Assembly (NCBI GenBank): GCA_964016885.1
Contig: OZ024748.1
Location: 42,904,001 to 42,968,000, forward strand
Direction: 5' to 3'
Length of the DNA stretch: 64,000 bases
DNA from: Eledone cirrhosa
Taxonomy: Eukaryota
The notes beneath the pieces are model-generated. The model was not told the origin of the DNA and did not search any database. It saw only the letters and a list, made by a program, of their open reading frames with translations. Below, piece by piece: positions 25,492-37,684 of the stretch (position 1 is its first letter; every line of letters starts with the position of its first letter). A program made the position numbers and the translations under genes.

Positions 25492-28066
25492 GTTTTCAGT
25501 AATATATATATTATTATATTTCAGTAATATATATATTGTTATATTTCAGTAATATATATATATTATTATATTTCAGTAATATATATATTGTTATATTTCA
25601 GTAATATATATATATTATTATATTTCAGTAATATATATATTATTATATTTCAGTAATATATATATATTATTATATTTCAGTAATATATATATTGTTATAT
25701 TTCAGTATATATATATATTGTTATATTTCAGTAATATATATATATATTATTATATTTCAGTAATATATATATATATTGTTATATTTCAGTAATATATATA
25801 TTGTTATATTTCAGTAATATATATATATTGTTATATTTCAGTAATATATATATATTATTATATTTCAGTATATATATATATTATTATATTTCAGTAATAT
25901 ATATATATTATATTTCAGTAATATATATATATTATTATATTTCAGTAATAAATATATATATTGTTATATTTCAGTAATATATATATTGTTATATTTCAGT
26001 AATATATATATTATTATATTTCAGTATATATATATATTGTTATATTTCAGTAATATATATATATTATTATATTTCAGTAATATATATATATTATATTTCA
26101 GTAATATATATATATTATTATATTTCAGTAATATATATATTATTATATTTCAGTAATATATATATATATTGTTATATTTCAGTAATATATATATATTGTT
26201 ATATTTCAGTAATATATATATTATTATATTTCAGTAATATATATATTATTATATTTCAGTAATATATATATTATTATATTTCAGTAATATATATATTGTT
26301 ATATTTCAGTAATATATATATATTGTTATATTTCAGTAATATATATATTGTTATATTTCAGTAATATATATATATTATTATATTTCAGTAATATATATAT
26401 ATTGTTATATTTCAGTAATATATATATTGTTATATTTCAGTAATATATATATTGTTATATTTCAGTAATATATATATATTATTATATTTCAGTAATATAT
26501 ATATATTATTATATTTCAGTAATATATATATTGTTATATTTCAGTAATATATATATATTATATTTCAGTAATATATATATATATTATTATATTTCAGTAA
26601 TATATATATTGTTATATTTCAGTAAAATATATATATTATTATATTTCAGTAATAGATATATATTATTATATTTCAGTAAAATATATATATTGTTATATTT
26701 CAGTAAAATATATATATTATTATATTTCAGTAATATATATATATTGTTATATTTCAGTATATATATATATATTGTTATATTTCAGTAATAGATATATATT
26801 ATTATATTTCAGTAAAATATATATATTATTATATTTCAGTAATATATATATTGTTATATTTCAGTAATATATATATATTGTTATATTTCAGTAATATATA
26901 TATATTATTATATTTCAGTAATATATCATTATCATCATCATCATCATCATCAACGTTTAACGTCCGTGTTCCACGCTTGCATGGGTTTGGACGGGGGTAT
27001 TCCCACTTGAGGCAAGAGTGATTGTCTTGCTCGCATAGGACTGTCTGGCAGGTTTTCTACAGTTGGATGCCCTTCCTAACACCAACCACATTTACAGTGT
27101 GGGTCTGGGAGGTTTTTACCGTGTTGCCTACACGGCCACATTACAGCGTGGACTGTGTTTTTTGTCGTGACACCTACACGATCTCATTTGTTTCGGCCTG
27201 GATGTTGTGGCACCAATATAACTTTACATGGAACGGGGTGGTGTGGATGGGGTAGGGGTGGTGGGACGGGGGTGTATTTTGTTATATATATATTATTATA
27301 TTTCAGTATATATATATATTATTATATTTCAGTATATATATATTATTATATTTCAGTATATATATATATTATTATATTTCAGTAATATATATATATTATA
27401 TTTCAGTAATATATATATATTATTATATTTCAGTAATAAATATATATATTGTTATATTTCAGTAATATATATATTGTTATATTTCAGTAATATATATATA
27501 TTGTTATATTTCAGTAATATATATATATTGTTATATTTCAGTAATATATATATTGTTATATTTCAGTAATATATATATATTATTATATTTCAGTAATATA
27601 TATATTATTATATTTCAGTAATATATATATATTATTATATTTCATTATATATATATATATTATTATATTTCAGTAATATATATATTGTTATATTTCAGTA
27701 ATATATATATATTGTTATATTTCAGTAATATATATATATTATTATATTTCAGTAATATATATACATTATATTTCAGTAATATATATATTATTATATTTCA
27801 GTAATATATATATTGTTATATTTCAGTAATATATATATATTATTATATTTCAGTTATATATATACATTATATTTCAGTAATATATATATTATTATATTTC
27901 AGTAATATATATATTATTATATTTCAGTAATATATATATTATTATATTTCAGTAATATATATATATATTATTATATTTCAGTATATATATATATTGTTAT
28001 ATTTCAGTAATATATATATATTATTTTATTTCAATACTTTCTATATATTATTATATTTCAGTAATA
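25492..28066. repeat. ~25-bp AT-rich minisatellite (TA)n-tt(a/g)ttatatttcagta, interrupted by a SINE at about 26926-27275
   Basis: Roughly 80-90 units by eye; the unit matches the exon D acceptor. Confidence 0.95.
26926..27275 (-). mobile_element. SINE with RTE-type tail inserted in the AT array
   Basis: (cat)n-cgtttaacgtccg...ggatgcccttcctaacaccaaccaca; homologous to 35860-36107. Confidence 0.75.
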
Positions 28067-28067
28067 T

Positions 28068-28255
28068 GCGCGGTGAATTGGCAGTATCGGTAGAGGGTCG
28101 GACACCATGCTTTCCAGCATAGTTACGTCCCTTTACGGTCTGAGTTCAAATCCCGTCAAGGTTAACTTTGCCTTTCATCCTTACCAGGTCGATAAAATAA
28201 AGTACCAGTAATTGACTGGGTATTGCTGGCCTTGTGCCAAAAGTAGAAACAATTA
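28068..28255 (+). mobile_element. Nin/Deu SINE
   Basis: Head, B-box and Nin core as at 17818. Confidence 0.85.
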
Positions 28256-28344
28256 TATTTCAGTAATATATAAATATTATTATATTTCAGTAATTTCTAT
28301 TTATTATTTTATTACAATACTTTCTATATATTATTATATTTCAG

Positions 28345-28436
28345 TATGTTTTTGAACGTATAACATCATCTTTTACACATAAGCTCTGGCATGTAAGGGA
28401 AGGTATACTGGTGTGCCTACAAAATACTATAAATAC
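28345..28436 (+). CDS. CLASP: CLASP TOG1 exon D: YVFERITSSFTHKLWHVREGILVCLQNTIN(T)
   Basis: tatttcag|TAT acceptor and AC|gtgagt donor; 92 nt, phase 0 to 2. Contains the HEAT-loop motif F.HK.W.VREG. Confidence 0.93.
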
Positions 28437-28859
28437 GTGAGTATTTCATTCTTTTCTCTTCTAGAACTTAGATATCTTCCAAAATTATATTGTATTTGAA
28501 GTAATTTTAATACATTTTAATATATTTTAATGGCAACATTTATCTGTAGACCACAATTATTCAGTCTGTCTCCCAATTATATTTCTGTAACCTATTCTTG
28601 CCAATTATTGATTCATTAAATCTATACAAATGTTTCAAAACATCTTATTCTATTAATGCTTCTGTTATTTCAATTTAGTTAAAATATTCAGTATAACAAA
28701 GCATTATTAAATATTGTACATCTTCAGAAGTACTATAAATGATACAATAACCTGGGATTCAGCAAGTCATAAAGGGAGGTTATAACCTTTGAAGGCAGAA
28801 CTTTAATGAAACTAGAGTATGGAAATGTAGAACTGTCTCTTTATATATATATATATATA

Positions 28860-29037
28860 CTGCCCAGTTTCCTCAATCTTTCTATTTCTTCTTTAATTCC
28901 TCATTTTATTTTCTGATGAAGGACTAGCATCCGAAACATTAAGACTATTATCCTACTATATCAATTGTAAAAGTAATAATATATTTCTTCATTGTACGGT
29001 GTTGTTTGCTTTGTTATTTGTTTGCCTTTTGCAAACA
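28860..29037 (+). mobile_element. Penelope-like fragment with hammerhead motif (28909-28944)
   Basis: tttt-CTGATGA-a-gga(ctagca)tcc-GAAA-c-att-aaga, beside (TA)n. Homologue on the minus strand at about 54752-54980. Confidence 0.6.
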
Positions 29038-29039
29038 TA

Positions 29040-29613
29040 TCATCATTTTACGTCCGTTTTTCCCTGCTTGCAAAGGTGGGACGGGTCCTATTCAGCATCT
29101 CTCCACTTGTTACGGTCCTTCGTCATCTTCAGCGATCTGATGTCTGCTCTCACCACCTCCACCCATGTTTTTCGTGGTATTCCTCTACTACATATTCCTT
29201 CAACTGGCATTTCTTGGCACTGCTTCACCCATCGGTCATCCTCCATGCGCATCACATGTCCATACCACCGCAGTCTCCTCTCCCGCACACAACAATTTAT
29301 CCCTCTCAGACACAGTTTCTCTCTCAACACATCCATGCTTGGCTGCACATTGACATTACACATCTAATGGAACATGCTTGCCTCATTTCTCTCCAGCCAT
29401 TGCATATCCTCTGCAGTTGCTGCCCATGTCTCACTACCATGCAGCATCACGCACCTCACACAGGCATCGTATAACTGGCCTTTCGTACACAGGGAGAAAC
29501 CCTTCTTCATCAGCAGAGGAAGCAGCACCCTAAACTTCTTCCAACCCGTACTTATTCTAGATACTATGGCCTAATCTGATCACCTAGGTACCGGAAGCTA
29601 TCAACCACTTCTA
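29040..29613 (-). mobile_element. RTE-clade LINE 3' fragment (family 2)
   Basis: Peptide RERRLRWYGHVMRMEDDRWVK...RGIPRKTW; tail gcggacgtaaaatgatga-like. Confidence 0.9.
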
Positions 29614-29644
29614 TATTTATATATATAAATAAATTATTTATATA

Positions 29645-29933
29645 TATTGCAATCGAAAGGTTGTTAGTTCAATTCTCGGACCAGGTGATGTGTTTCCTTG
29701 AGCAAGACACACTGTAAAGTGGACGTGTAGGCGCCACGGAAAAAAAAAAACACCCAGCATTCACTGTAACTGAGGTTGGTGTTAGGAAGGGCATCCAGCT
29801 GTAGAAATCAAGCCAGAATCAGTTCCCGTATGAGCAATACATGGTCAGCCGACCGGACACTGCCCACAACAGGACAACCCCTCTAACCCATGCTAGTGTT
29901 GAAGAATGGATGTAAAACGGTGATGATGATGAT
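29645..29933 (+). mobile_element. CORE-like SINE with RTE-type tail, ending about 40 nt before exon E
   Basis: ttgcaatcgaaaggttg..agttcaattctc...ccttgagcaagacac...ttaggaagggcatccagc...(gat)n. Same family as 32350 and 45462. Confidence 0.75.
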
Positions 29934-29974
29934 ATATATATAAATAATTTATTTTTCTCCTTCAATTCTTCTAG

Positions 29975-30050
29975 ATATGGTGCTCGCAGTTTACAGTTGA
30001 ACAAAGCAGTACCATCTATAATCAAATTGCTGGAAGACCCAAATGCTCAG
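29975..30050 (+). CDS. CLASP: CLASP TOG1 exon E: (T)YGARSLQLNKAVPSIIKLLEDPNAQ
   Basis: ttcttctag|A acceptor and CAG|gtgact donor; 76 nt, phase 2 to 0. LL.DPN.Q motif typical of CLASP. Confidence 0.93.
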
Positions 30051-30858
30051 GTGACTTACATACATGATAGCTTTTTGTTTAATTAATATTTTGATTTAAT
30101 GATTTAGTATGTAAAAATCTCTGAACCTTCACTCTGTAGATAATTTGATAGACTAGCTTTTAGTTTACCAATCTGATTTATCTCCCTTAGTAGCTAACTA
30201 TATTTCATGACAATAACTTTGAAGTTTAACGTTCTTTGGTAACAAACCATGCCTTGTTCTATCATACAAAGCTGTTTATATTTATCTACACACCTCCTAT
30301 CATAATTTTATATACTAACCTTTTGTTTAGTTATTTCAAACACTGACTTAATAATGAGAAAGTTCATTATTTTACTAAATCCCTTTAAATTCATTATTCT
30401 CAAAATTAATTGGAAATCATAGGCAATATCTTTCATTTCAAATATGGAAATATGGTGATGTAGGGGCTAACATGCCCATTTCAATATTTGTGGCAAAACA
30501 GTTAATGTTTACTTAGATTTCTTAGCAGTTAGAAAAAAGGTAGAGGGAACCTGTTCGAAACATATATTGCAGTCTCCATTTCATACTACAAAAACTGGCA
30601 ATGGGCCTATTACTTGTCCTGGGAGTTGTAGGATAGGCACACAAAGATTGCGTATCCCAAGACCTGAATAAGGGTCCAGAAGGGAGCAAACCTTGAAGAA
30701 GATAATCTTTTTTTCTTTTTTCTTTTGGGGAATAAATGTTTAATTTGTAGTTGTTGAAGAATACAATTAGAGTTAATTTATCATTTTACTTTTAATTAGT
30801 AGCAGTCTAATCTATACTAATTAACTAATTCATTCTTTATTTTATATTTACGTGATAG

Positions 30859-30956
30859 GTTCGAGAAGCTGCTGTTAGTACACTTGTTGAAATTTACCGT
30901 CATGTTGGCGAGCGCGTAAGACTTGACTTGGCTAAGAAGGAGTTGCCGCCTGGAAA
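30859..30956 (+). CDS. CLASP: CLASP TOG1 exon F: VREAAVSTLVEIYRHVGERVRLDLAKKELPPG(K)
   Basis: gatag|GTT acceptor and AA|gtaagt donor; 98 nt, phase 0 to 2. LVEIYRHVGERVR.DL.KK is the highly conserved CLASP signature. Confidence 0.97.
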
Positions 30957-30991
30957 GTAAGTAATATTTCCTATTTTATTATTATTATTAT

Positions 30992-31600
30992 GGTGGTGGA
31001 TTGGCAGTAACGGTAGAGGGTCGGACGCCATGCTTTGATGCATTGAGTTACGGCCCATGCAATTCTGAGTTCAAATCCCGCCGAGGTTAACTTTGCCTTT
31101 TATCCTTACGGGGTCGATAAAATAAAGTACCAGTAATGCACTGGGGTAATAGCTGGCCTTGTGCCAAAAGTAGAAACAATTATTATAAGGGCAGTGGATT
31201 GGCAGTGTCAGTAGAGCATCGGACGACATTCTTTGTGGCATACAGTTATGGCCCTTTACATTCTCTGTTCAAATCCATTCAAGGTTAGCTTTTCCTTTCA
31301 AGCTTACAAGGTCGATAAAATAAAGTACCAGTAACATACTGGGGTTGATTTAATCGACTTTCCCCCTCTCCCTAAATTGCTGGCCTTGTGCCTAAATCAG
31401 AAACCATTATTATTATTATTATAGTATCGGTAGAGGGTCGGACGCCATGCTTTGCTGCAAAGAGTAACGGCCCTTTATGGTCTGAGTTCAAATCCCGCCG
31501 CGGTTAACTTTGCCTTTCATCCTTACGGGGGTTGATAAAATAAAGTACCAGTAATGCACTGGGGTAATTGCTGGCCTTGTGCCAAAAGTAGAAACAATTA
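30992..31600 (+). mobile_element. Three tandem Nin/Deu SINEs just downstream of exon F
   Basis: Same motifs as 17818, separated by (TTA)n. Confidence 0.85.
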
Positions 31601-32349
31601 TTATTATTATTATTATTATTATGTGTAAAAGATTTATCTGCTTAGAGTAAGGAGAAACCAGAGTTTAGCTTTGGTTAGCTTTGTCTTGCATCTTTTCAGG
31701 TTTTACCCAGAGTTGAAGGACTGAGAAAGGGTATTTGTCCTAGCAGTCAGAGCAACTGTAGTTTTATGGGGGTTTTCTCCACATATAGCCCTCAGGTGTC
31801 CCCTCCCTATTGAGGAATACTCATTGTAAACATTTTGTTACTTCCCACATTATATTAAACCTGTTACCCCCCCTCCCCTCACACACACTTAATATTTTGT
31901 CCTGTGTTGTCTTTAATGTTTTTCTTGGTGTAAACCCTTTGTGGTTGATAATGTGGTTTAAATTTTGAGGTTGTCTCCCCCTTACCTTGTTTGACTTCCC
32001 AGAATTATTAATTTAGAAAAAGATTGTTTTCATCATTAGATATGTGATTTTAATTAATTATTATGATTTCATGACTTACTACATCGAGTAGGCTACACCC
32101 ACTTTTCTGATTATTCTTAGATATAAATACATGTTTGTTTTTTAAAGTCTAACAAAATAAATATATTGCCTGACATTCTAATACTTCCACCAGTCTGAAC
32201 TGGTACTTTATTTTATCAACCCTGAAAGGGATGAAAGGTGAAGTTGATCTTGGCATGATTTGATCTCAGAGCACATACAGCCAGAGCAAGACAGCATTTT
32301 GTCCTCCTTGAGAAATATGTTCTGCTAATAAATGTTTGATGTTTGGAGG

Positions 32350-32655
32350 CACATTGCAATCGAAAGGTTGTGAGTTCAATTCTCAGATCGGGTGATGTGT
32401 TGTTTCCTTGAGCAAGACACTTTATTTCACATTGCTCCAGTTTACTCAGCTATAGAAATGAGATGATAGGGACTGGGGTCCCTATCATTCCACTGCAAAG
32501 TGGTCATGGAGGTACCACGGCAAAAAAGCACCCAGCCCACACTGTAAATGAGGTTGGTGTTAGGAAGGGCATCCAGCTATAGAAATCAAGCCAGAATCAG
32601 TTCCTGTCCCACCCTTGCAAGCAGGGAAAAGCGGACGTAAAATGATGATGATGAT
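32350..32655 (+). mobile_element. CORE-like SINE carrying the RTE family-2 3' tail
   Basis: Ends gtcccacccttgcaagcagggaaaagcggacgtaaaatgatgatga, nearly identical to 39040-39085. Confidence 0.8.
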
Positions 32656-33272
32656 TCAACACATGTTTAAGTTGTATGATTGAACCCATTTGAGTTATAT
32701 GATTCTCTACAGAAGAAGATTTTCTACAGAGTTCTTAGAAGACAGAGAATTGGTCATGGAAGTAACTAGTTTGTCAACTATCACTCATATGACAGAGTGG
32801 TTTAAGAATAAAAAGTTCCTGGCTGATCAATTAATTTACTGAAGTGTATTTACATTGAGAAATACATTCTTTCAATTTGTCATCTCGGAAACACTCGCTT
32901 GAGTGGGAGAGGGGTTCTTCTCTGAAGACTTTATTCTGTTGTCTAACTCTTCTGAGGTTTTCTTACCCCTAAATAATTCTTAGTTTGTATTTAGAATCAT
33001 GCATTATTTATTTGTGTCAAAAGGATTATCTGAAATATGTGAGAAAGTTGATTTTCAGGTTCAAGTTGTCTATGGTTTAGAGTTTGATAAATTCTTCATC
33101 AGGTAAATGACAGCATGTAATTTATTATTGTACAAAATATAATTTAGAGATATATCAGATGAAAGAATGGTATTTAAAATTAGGTTGGTCTTTCTGTTAC
33201 AACTCTCAGACATGGTCATCTGTTTCCTGATTTTTGATAAAGAATTTATTAATTCTTCTTGGAATGTATAAA

Positions 33273-33474
33273 TACAAGGGTTAGCTGAATAGTTCATAGG
33301 TTGACCAAGATACTCTCATGGAATGACCAAATGAGGGTTATTTTTCAACATAGTCCCTGGAAAGAAACAATGCAGTTATTAATAAGAAGAGTTGGAATTA
33401 ATGCATGCAAGATTTCACAGCTCTAACATCACTCCTTCATAGTCAACCTATGAATATATCAGGCAACCCTCATA
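33273..33474. mobile_element. Tc1/mariner-like MITE
   Basis: tacaagggttagctgaatagttcataggttgac ... gtcaacctatgaatatatcaggcaaccctcata: ~30-bp imperfect TIRs with TA ends. Confidence 0.65.
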
Positions 33475-33699
33475 TATTGGTAAGACTTAATGAAACATGG
33501 TAATGATGTTAACAGTAAGAAAGGCAGAGCTTCACCTGGCAAATATATTTATAACTTGTCTGTCACCTGGTTTAATACCTTCACCTGGTCCTTGTTTACC
33601 TTTAACTCAGAATGTAAAGATATGTAACTAAATGTAAAGTATTTTGTCTGATGCCCTAAAGATTCCGCAAACCCACTGTCTCCTACTAATCAGTAAATA

Positions 33700-33888
33700 A
33701 TTTTCTACTTTTGGCACAAGGCCAGTAATTATCCCAGTGTATTACTGGTACTTTATTTTGTCGACCCCGTAAGGATGAAAGGTAAAGTTAACCTCGGCAG
33801 GATTTGAACTTAGAGCGTAAAGGGCCGTGACTCTATGCTGCTAAGTATGGTGTCCGACTCTCTACTGATACTGCCAATCCACTGCCCT
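33700..33888 (-). mobile_element. Nin/Deu SINE (antisense)
   Basis: Reverse complement of the 17818 family. Confidence 0.85.
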
Positions 33889-34809
33889 CAACAGTAAATA
33901 ATACCAACAGAAAATAAGTTTGTTATGTTATAATAAGTTATAATTTACCAGTTTTGATTCTTACTAATGTTCTTCAGCTTTACTTGATATATTAACTTAT
34001 GTTTTTTAACTGGCAGAAGAAGCAGTAGACTACTAAATGTCTAATTAGACTTCTAATCTTTAATTAGTTATGTCTCGTTATGTTTTTGTTCTAAGTTCAT
34101 ACTCTGCCATGGTCAGTTTTGATATTTTTTTAAAGCATATACCCTTCCCTGCTACCCTTCATGAAATTGGTCAAAATGAGACCTTAGAAAGTAAATTTGA
34201 ATTATATATTTTATTTAATGTAGACATTTATTGAATAACAGAAAATATATTTGTAGAAAAATATCTAAAATTACTTGATTTATTAATGTGGGAGTTGGTA
34301 GGCATTGAGTTGTAGAGAACTTGCTGAAAGTTGACATTGTGTTATAGATGTGGATGTTTCCAGTTCTGTCCAAGCACCTGGACAGTGTGGAACATAAGTG
34401 AGATACAGCCTCTCTCCTCCTCACCCCTGGTCGGTACTGAGGAGGTTTTCAGGCTGGAAAAGGCAGTGGTTGGTTAAACCCCAGTTATAACATAATCTAA
34501 TAGGTAGTTGTCACATTTTAAGAATTTATTTGAAAATCTAGGTATGTTGTCACTTTAGAGTAGTCCTGTTCAATGGTGTGCTTTTCAGAGGGAAGGACAC
34601 AGTCTTGTACTTTCAGTTACTTAACTCCACAATTAACTGGGACAAACCCAGTCCATGCAACCACAGGAAAAAAGATGTAAAAATCTTGTCTCTCTCTCTT
34701 CTCTCATCCTTCCTCTTCAATTCTTCCTCTTCAATTCTTCTCTATAATATATATTAATTAAAAGTGATAGCTGATTCTCTTTGTTGTTGTTCTAACAGAT
34801 TACTTTAAC

Positions 34810-34867
<58 letters not shown>

Positions 34868-35061
34868 TATATTTTGACCTTGAGACATGTCACTTCTTGA
34901 TACACAGGTTATTTTACTTCACCATCTAATTAAGCTTCATGTAAATTTCAAATCAATCTCTCTCTCTCCTCACCTGTCTCCCTCACTCTTCCCCCCTCTC
35001 TCTCCTCACCTGCTTCCTTCTCTCTTCTCCCTCTCAATATTCTGAGTATTAAAACTTCTTT

Positions 35062-35715
35062 ATAATAGAGATGTATATGAAGACGTGATGTGTTAAACTG
35101 TGATTATGTTGCAGTTGTCACTAACACAATGTGATTCATAATAGAGGTGTATATGAAGACGTGTGATGTGTTAAACTGATTATGTTGCAGTTGTCACTAA
35201 CACAGTGTGATTCATAATAGAGGTGTATATGAAGACGTGTGATGTGTTAAACTGATTATGTTGCAGTTGTCACTAACACAGTGTGATTCATAATAGAGGT
35301 GTATATGAAGACGTGTGATGTGTTAAACTGATTATGTTGCAGTTGTCACTAACACAATGTGATTCATAATAGAGGTGTATATGAAGACGTGTGATGTGTT
35401 AAACTGATTATGTTGCAGTTGTCACTAACACAGTGTGATTCATAATAGAGGTGTATATGAAGACGTGTGATGTGTTAAACTGATTATGTTGCAGTTGTCA
35501 CTAACACAGTGTGATTCATAATAGAGGTGTATATGAAGACGTGTGATGTGTTAAACTGATTATGTTGCAGTTGTCACTAACACAGTGTGATTCATAATAG
35601 AGGTGTATATGAAGACGTGTGATGTGTTAAACTGATTATGTTGCAGTTGTCACTAACACAGTGTGATTCATAATAGAGGTGTATATGAAGACGTGTGATG
35701 TGTTAAACTGTGATT
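35062..35715. repeat. 76-bp tandem repeat, about 8.5 copies
   Basis: gtgtgatgtgttaaac recurs at 35161, 35237 and onward. Confidence 0.95.
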
Positions 35716-36881
35716 ATCTCACTACACACAAGTGACACTTTCCCTCCAATACTTGAGGCCCTGTTCATCACTTGAGACATTTCGTGTTTGGAAACTTGGA
35801 AATATTGTTCACGAACTGATTGCGTTCGTGATGAGAGATGTTCATGAACTGAGGTTCCGTCCACTATGACACAACAGTCCACACTGTAAGGTGGCCGTGT
35901 AGGAGACACGGGGGGGGGGGGGGGAAGGGCTCCCAGTCCACACTGTCAATGTGGTTGGTGTTAGGAAGGGCATCCAGCTGTAAAAAAACCTGCCAGAGAC
36001 GCTTCCGTGAGAGTGAGACACGGTCTCCCGACCATTCCCGCATCAAATAGAACAAAACCGTCTAACCGATGCTAGCGTGGAAGATGGCCGTTAAACGATG
36101 ATGATGATATATATATGCACAAGAGATGTTCATGAACCAATGCTCCACTGTATATTCTTGTTAAAAAATATGATTATGGAAGGGTTAAATTCCTAGAGTC
36201 TATTGCCCTATGTACTGTACATGCACTTTTTTGATGAGTTGTGGTGCACCTGGGCACTGTACACAATATTTCATTATAGTTATTATTATTATATCATGAC
36301 TCATACACTGTTCATTTTCCTGACATTTGTACATTATTCTATGTACTATACATGCACCTTTGATGAGTTGTAGTGCACCTGAGCACTGTACACAATAATT
36401 TCATTATTATTATTATATTATTATTATTATATTCCACACATTTTATTTAATGGATGTTTAGCATTCCTCTTCTTGCATATATAAATGTATGTATATATAT
36501 ACACTTTTATGATGCAGTCGAAACATATTTGCTGTATGACTAATGTGTGTGGTGCCATCATTTTATATATATATATAAAAACAAATAGTTTATCTCATAT
36601 ACACTAGGGGAAAGATTTTAACCTAGATTGTCCCTGAAAATCCATTGTGATAATTGATAAAAAGGAAATAATGCTTCATTAATTGTGGTATGAATCAGTT
36701 TTGCATCCGTTACTATATCAGTTGGAATAAGTACAGCAATCACTGCTGATAAAACGTTAAAATTTAATCAAAATAACTTCCATTGACGTCTCTGTAAGTA
36801 GAGTAAATATTTTAACAGTTGTGTGTGTATACACACACGCACACACACACACACACACATACATATATATATCTATATATC

Positions 36882-37472
36882 CTGATGAGGGACTAATTTT
36901 ATAATATGTAATCCATGTGCAACCATGCAGTATTCTTCTCCCCATATTTTTCATATATTTACCTAAACTGCGATTTTCTGTTTCTCTCTTTCTCTCTTAC
37001 TGCTCCCTCGTTCTCTCTGTTTCTCTTACCTTCTTTCGTCCCCTCTGTCAGTTAACACTTTCTCTCGACTGACCTCTTCCTCGCACTTCCACTCACTCAC
37101 TCTCTGTTTCTCCCCTTCTCACTTCCTCCCGTTCGCTAGGAGTCGGATCTTTCTTTCTCACATCCCATTCACAGCGAAAGGTCTGTTTGCTAAGCGCTCA
37201 TGAATTCACCCAGCTTACGCTGATCGAATAGCCATGTTGCTTGTTTTCTTCCCATCTTCGGTTAGCCTTTCTTCGATGTTGTTTACTTGTCTCACTCGCT
37301 TTACGCGTTTCACTTGTCCCAATAGCTTATTTTAGTTATTGCTCGCACCAACGTGAGGTATATGATTTTTAATGCGATGAAATACCAATGATCGTTGGTA
37401 AACCACTGATGAGGGACTAATTTTATAATATGTAATCCATGTGCAACCATGCAGTATTCTTCTCCCCATATT

Positions 37473-37482
<10 letters not shown>
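36882..37482 (+). mobile_element. ~600-bp element bounded by 77-bp direct repeats beginning CTGATGAG (Penelope pLTR/retrozyme-like)
   Basis: 36882-36958 equals 37406-37482; flanked by (CA)/(TA) microsatellites; CpG-richer interior. Confidence 0.6.
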
Positions 37483-37529
<47 letters not shown>

Positions 37530-37684
37530 AATTCAAAGGGTATAAAAAAATTTTGTTGCAACAGAAAATTCTTATGAGATCGACTGAAACCAATCGAGAG
37601 TTTGTTTGTTATTACCTCGGGGATTGAAAAAAATTTCTTTATACTGAAAAATTCGTTGTAACGGAATTTTACCTGTATGTGTAT

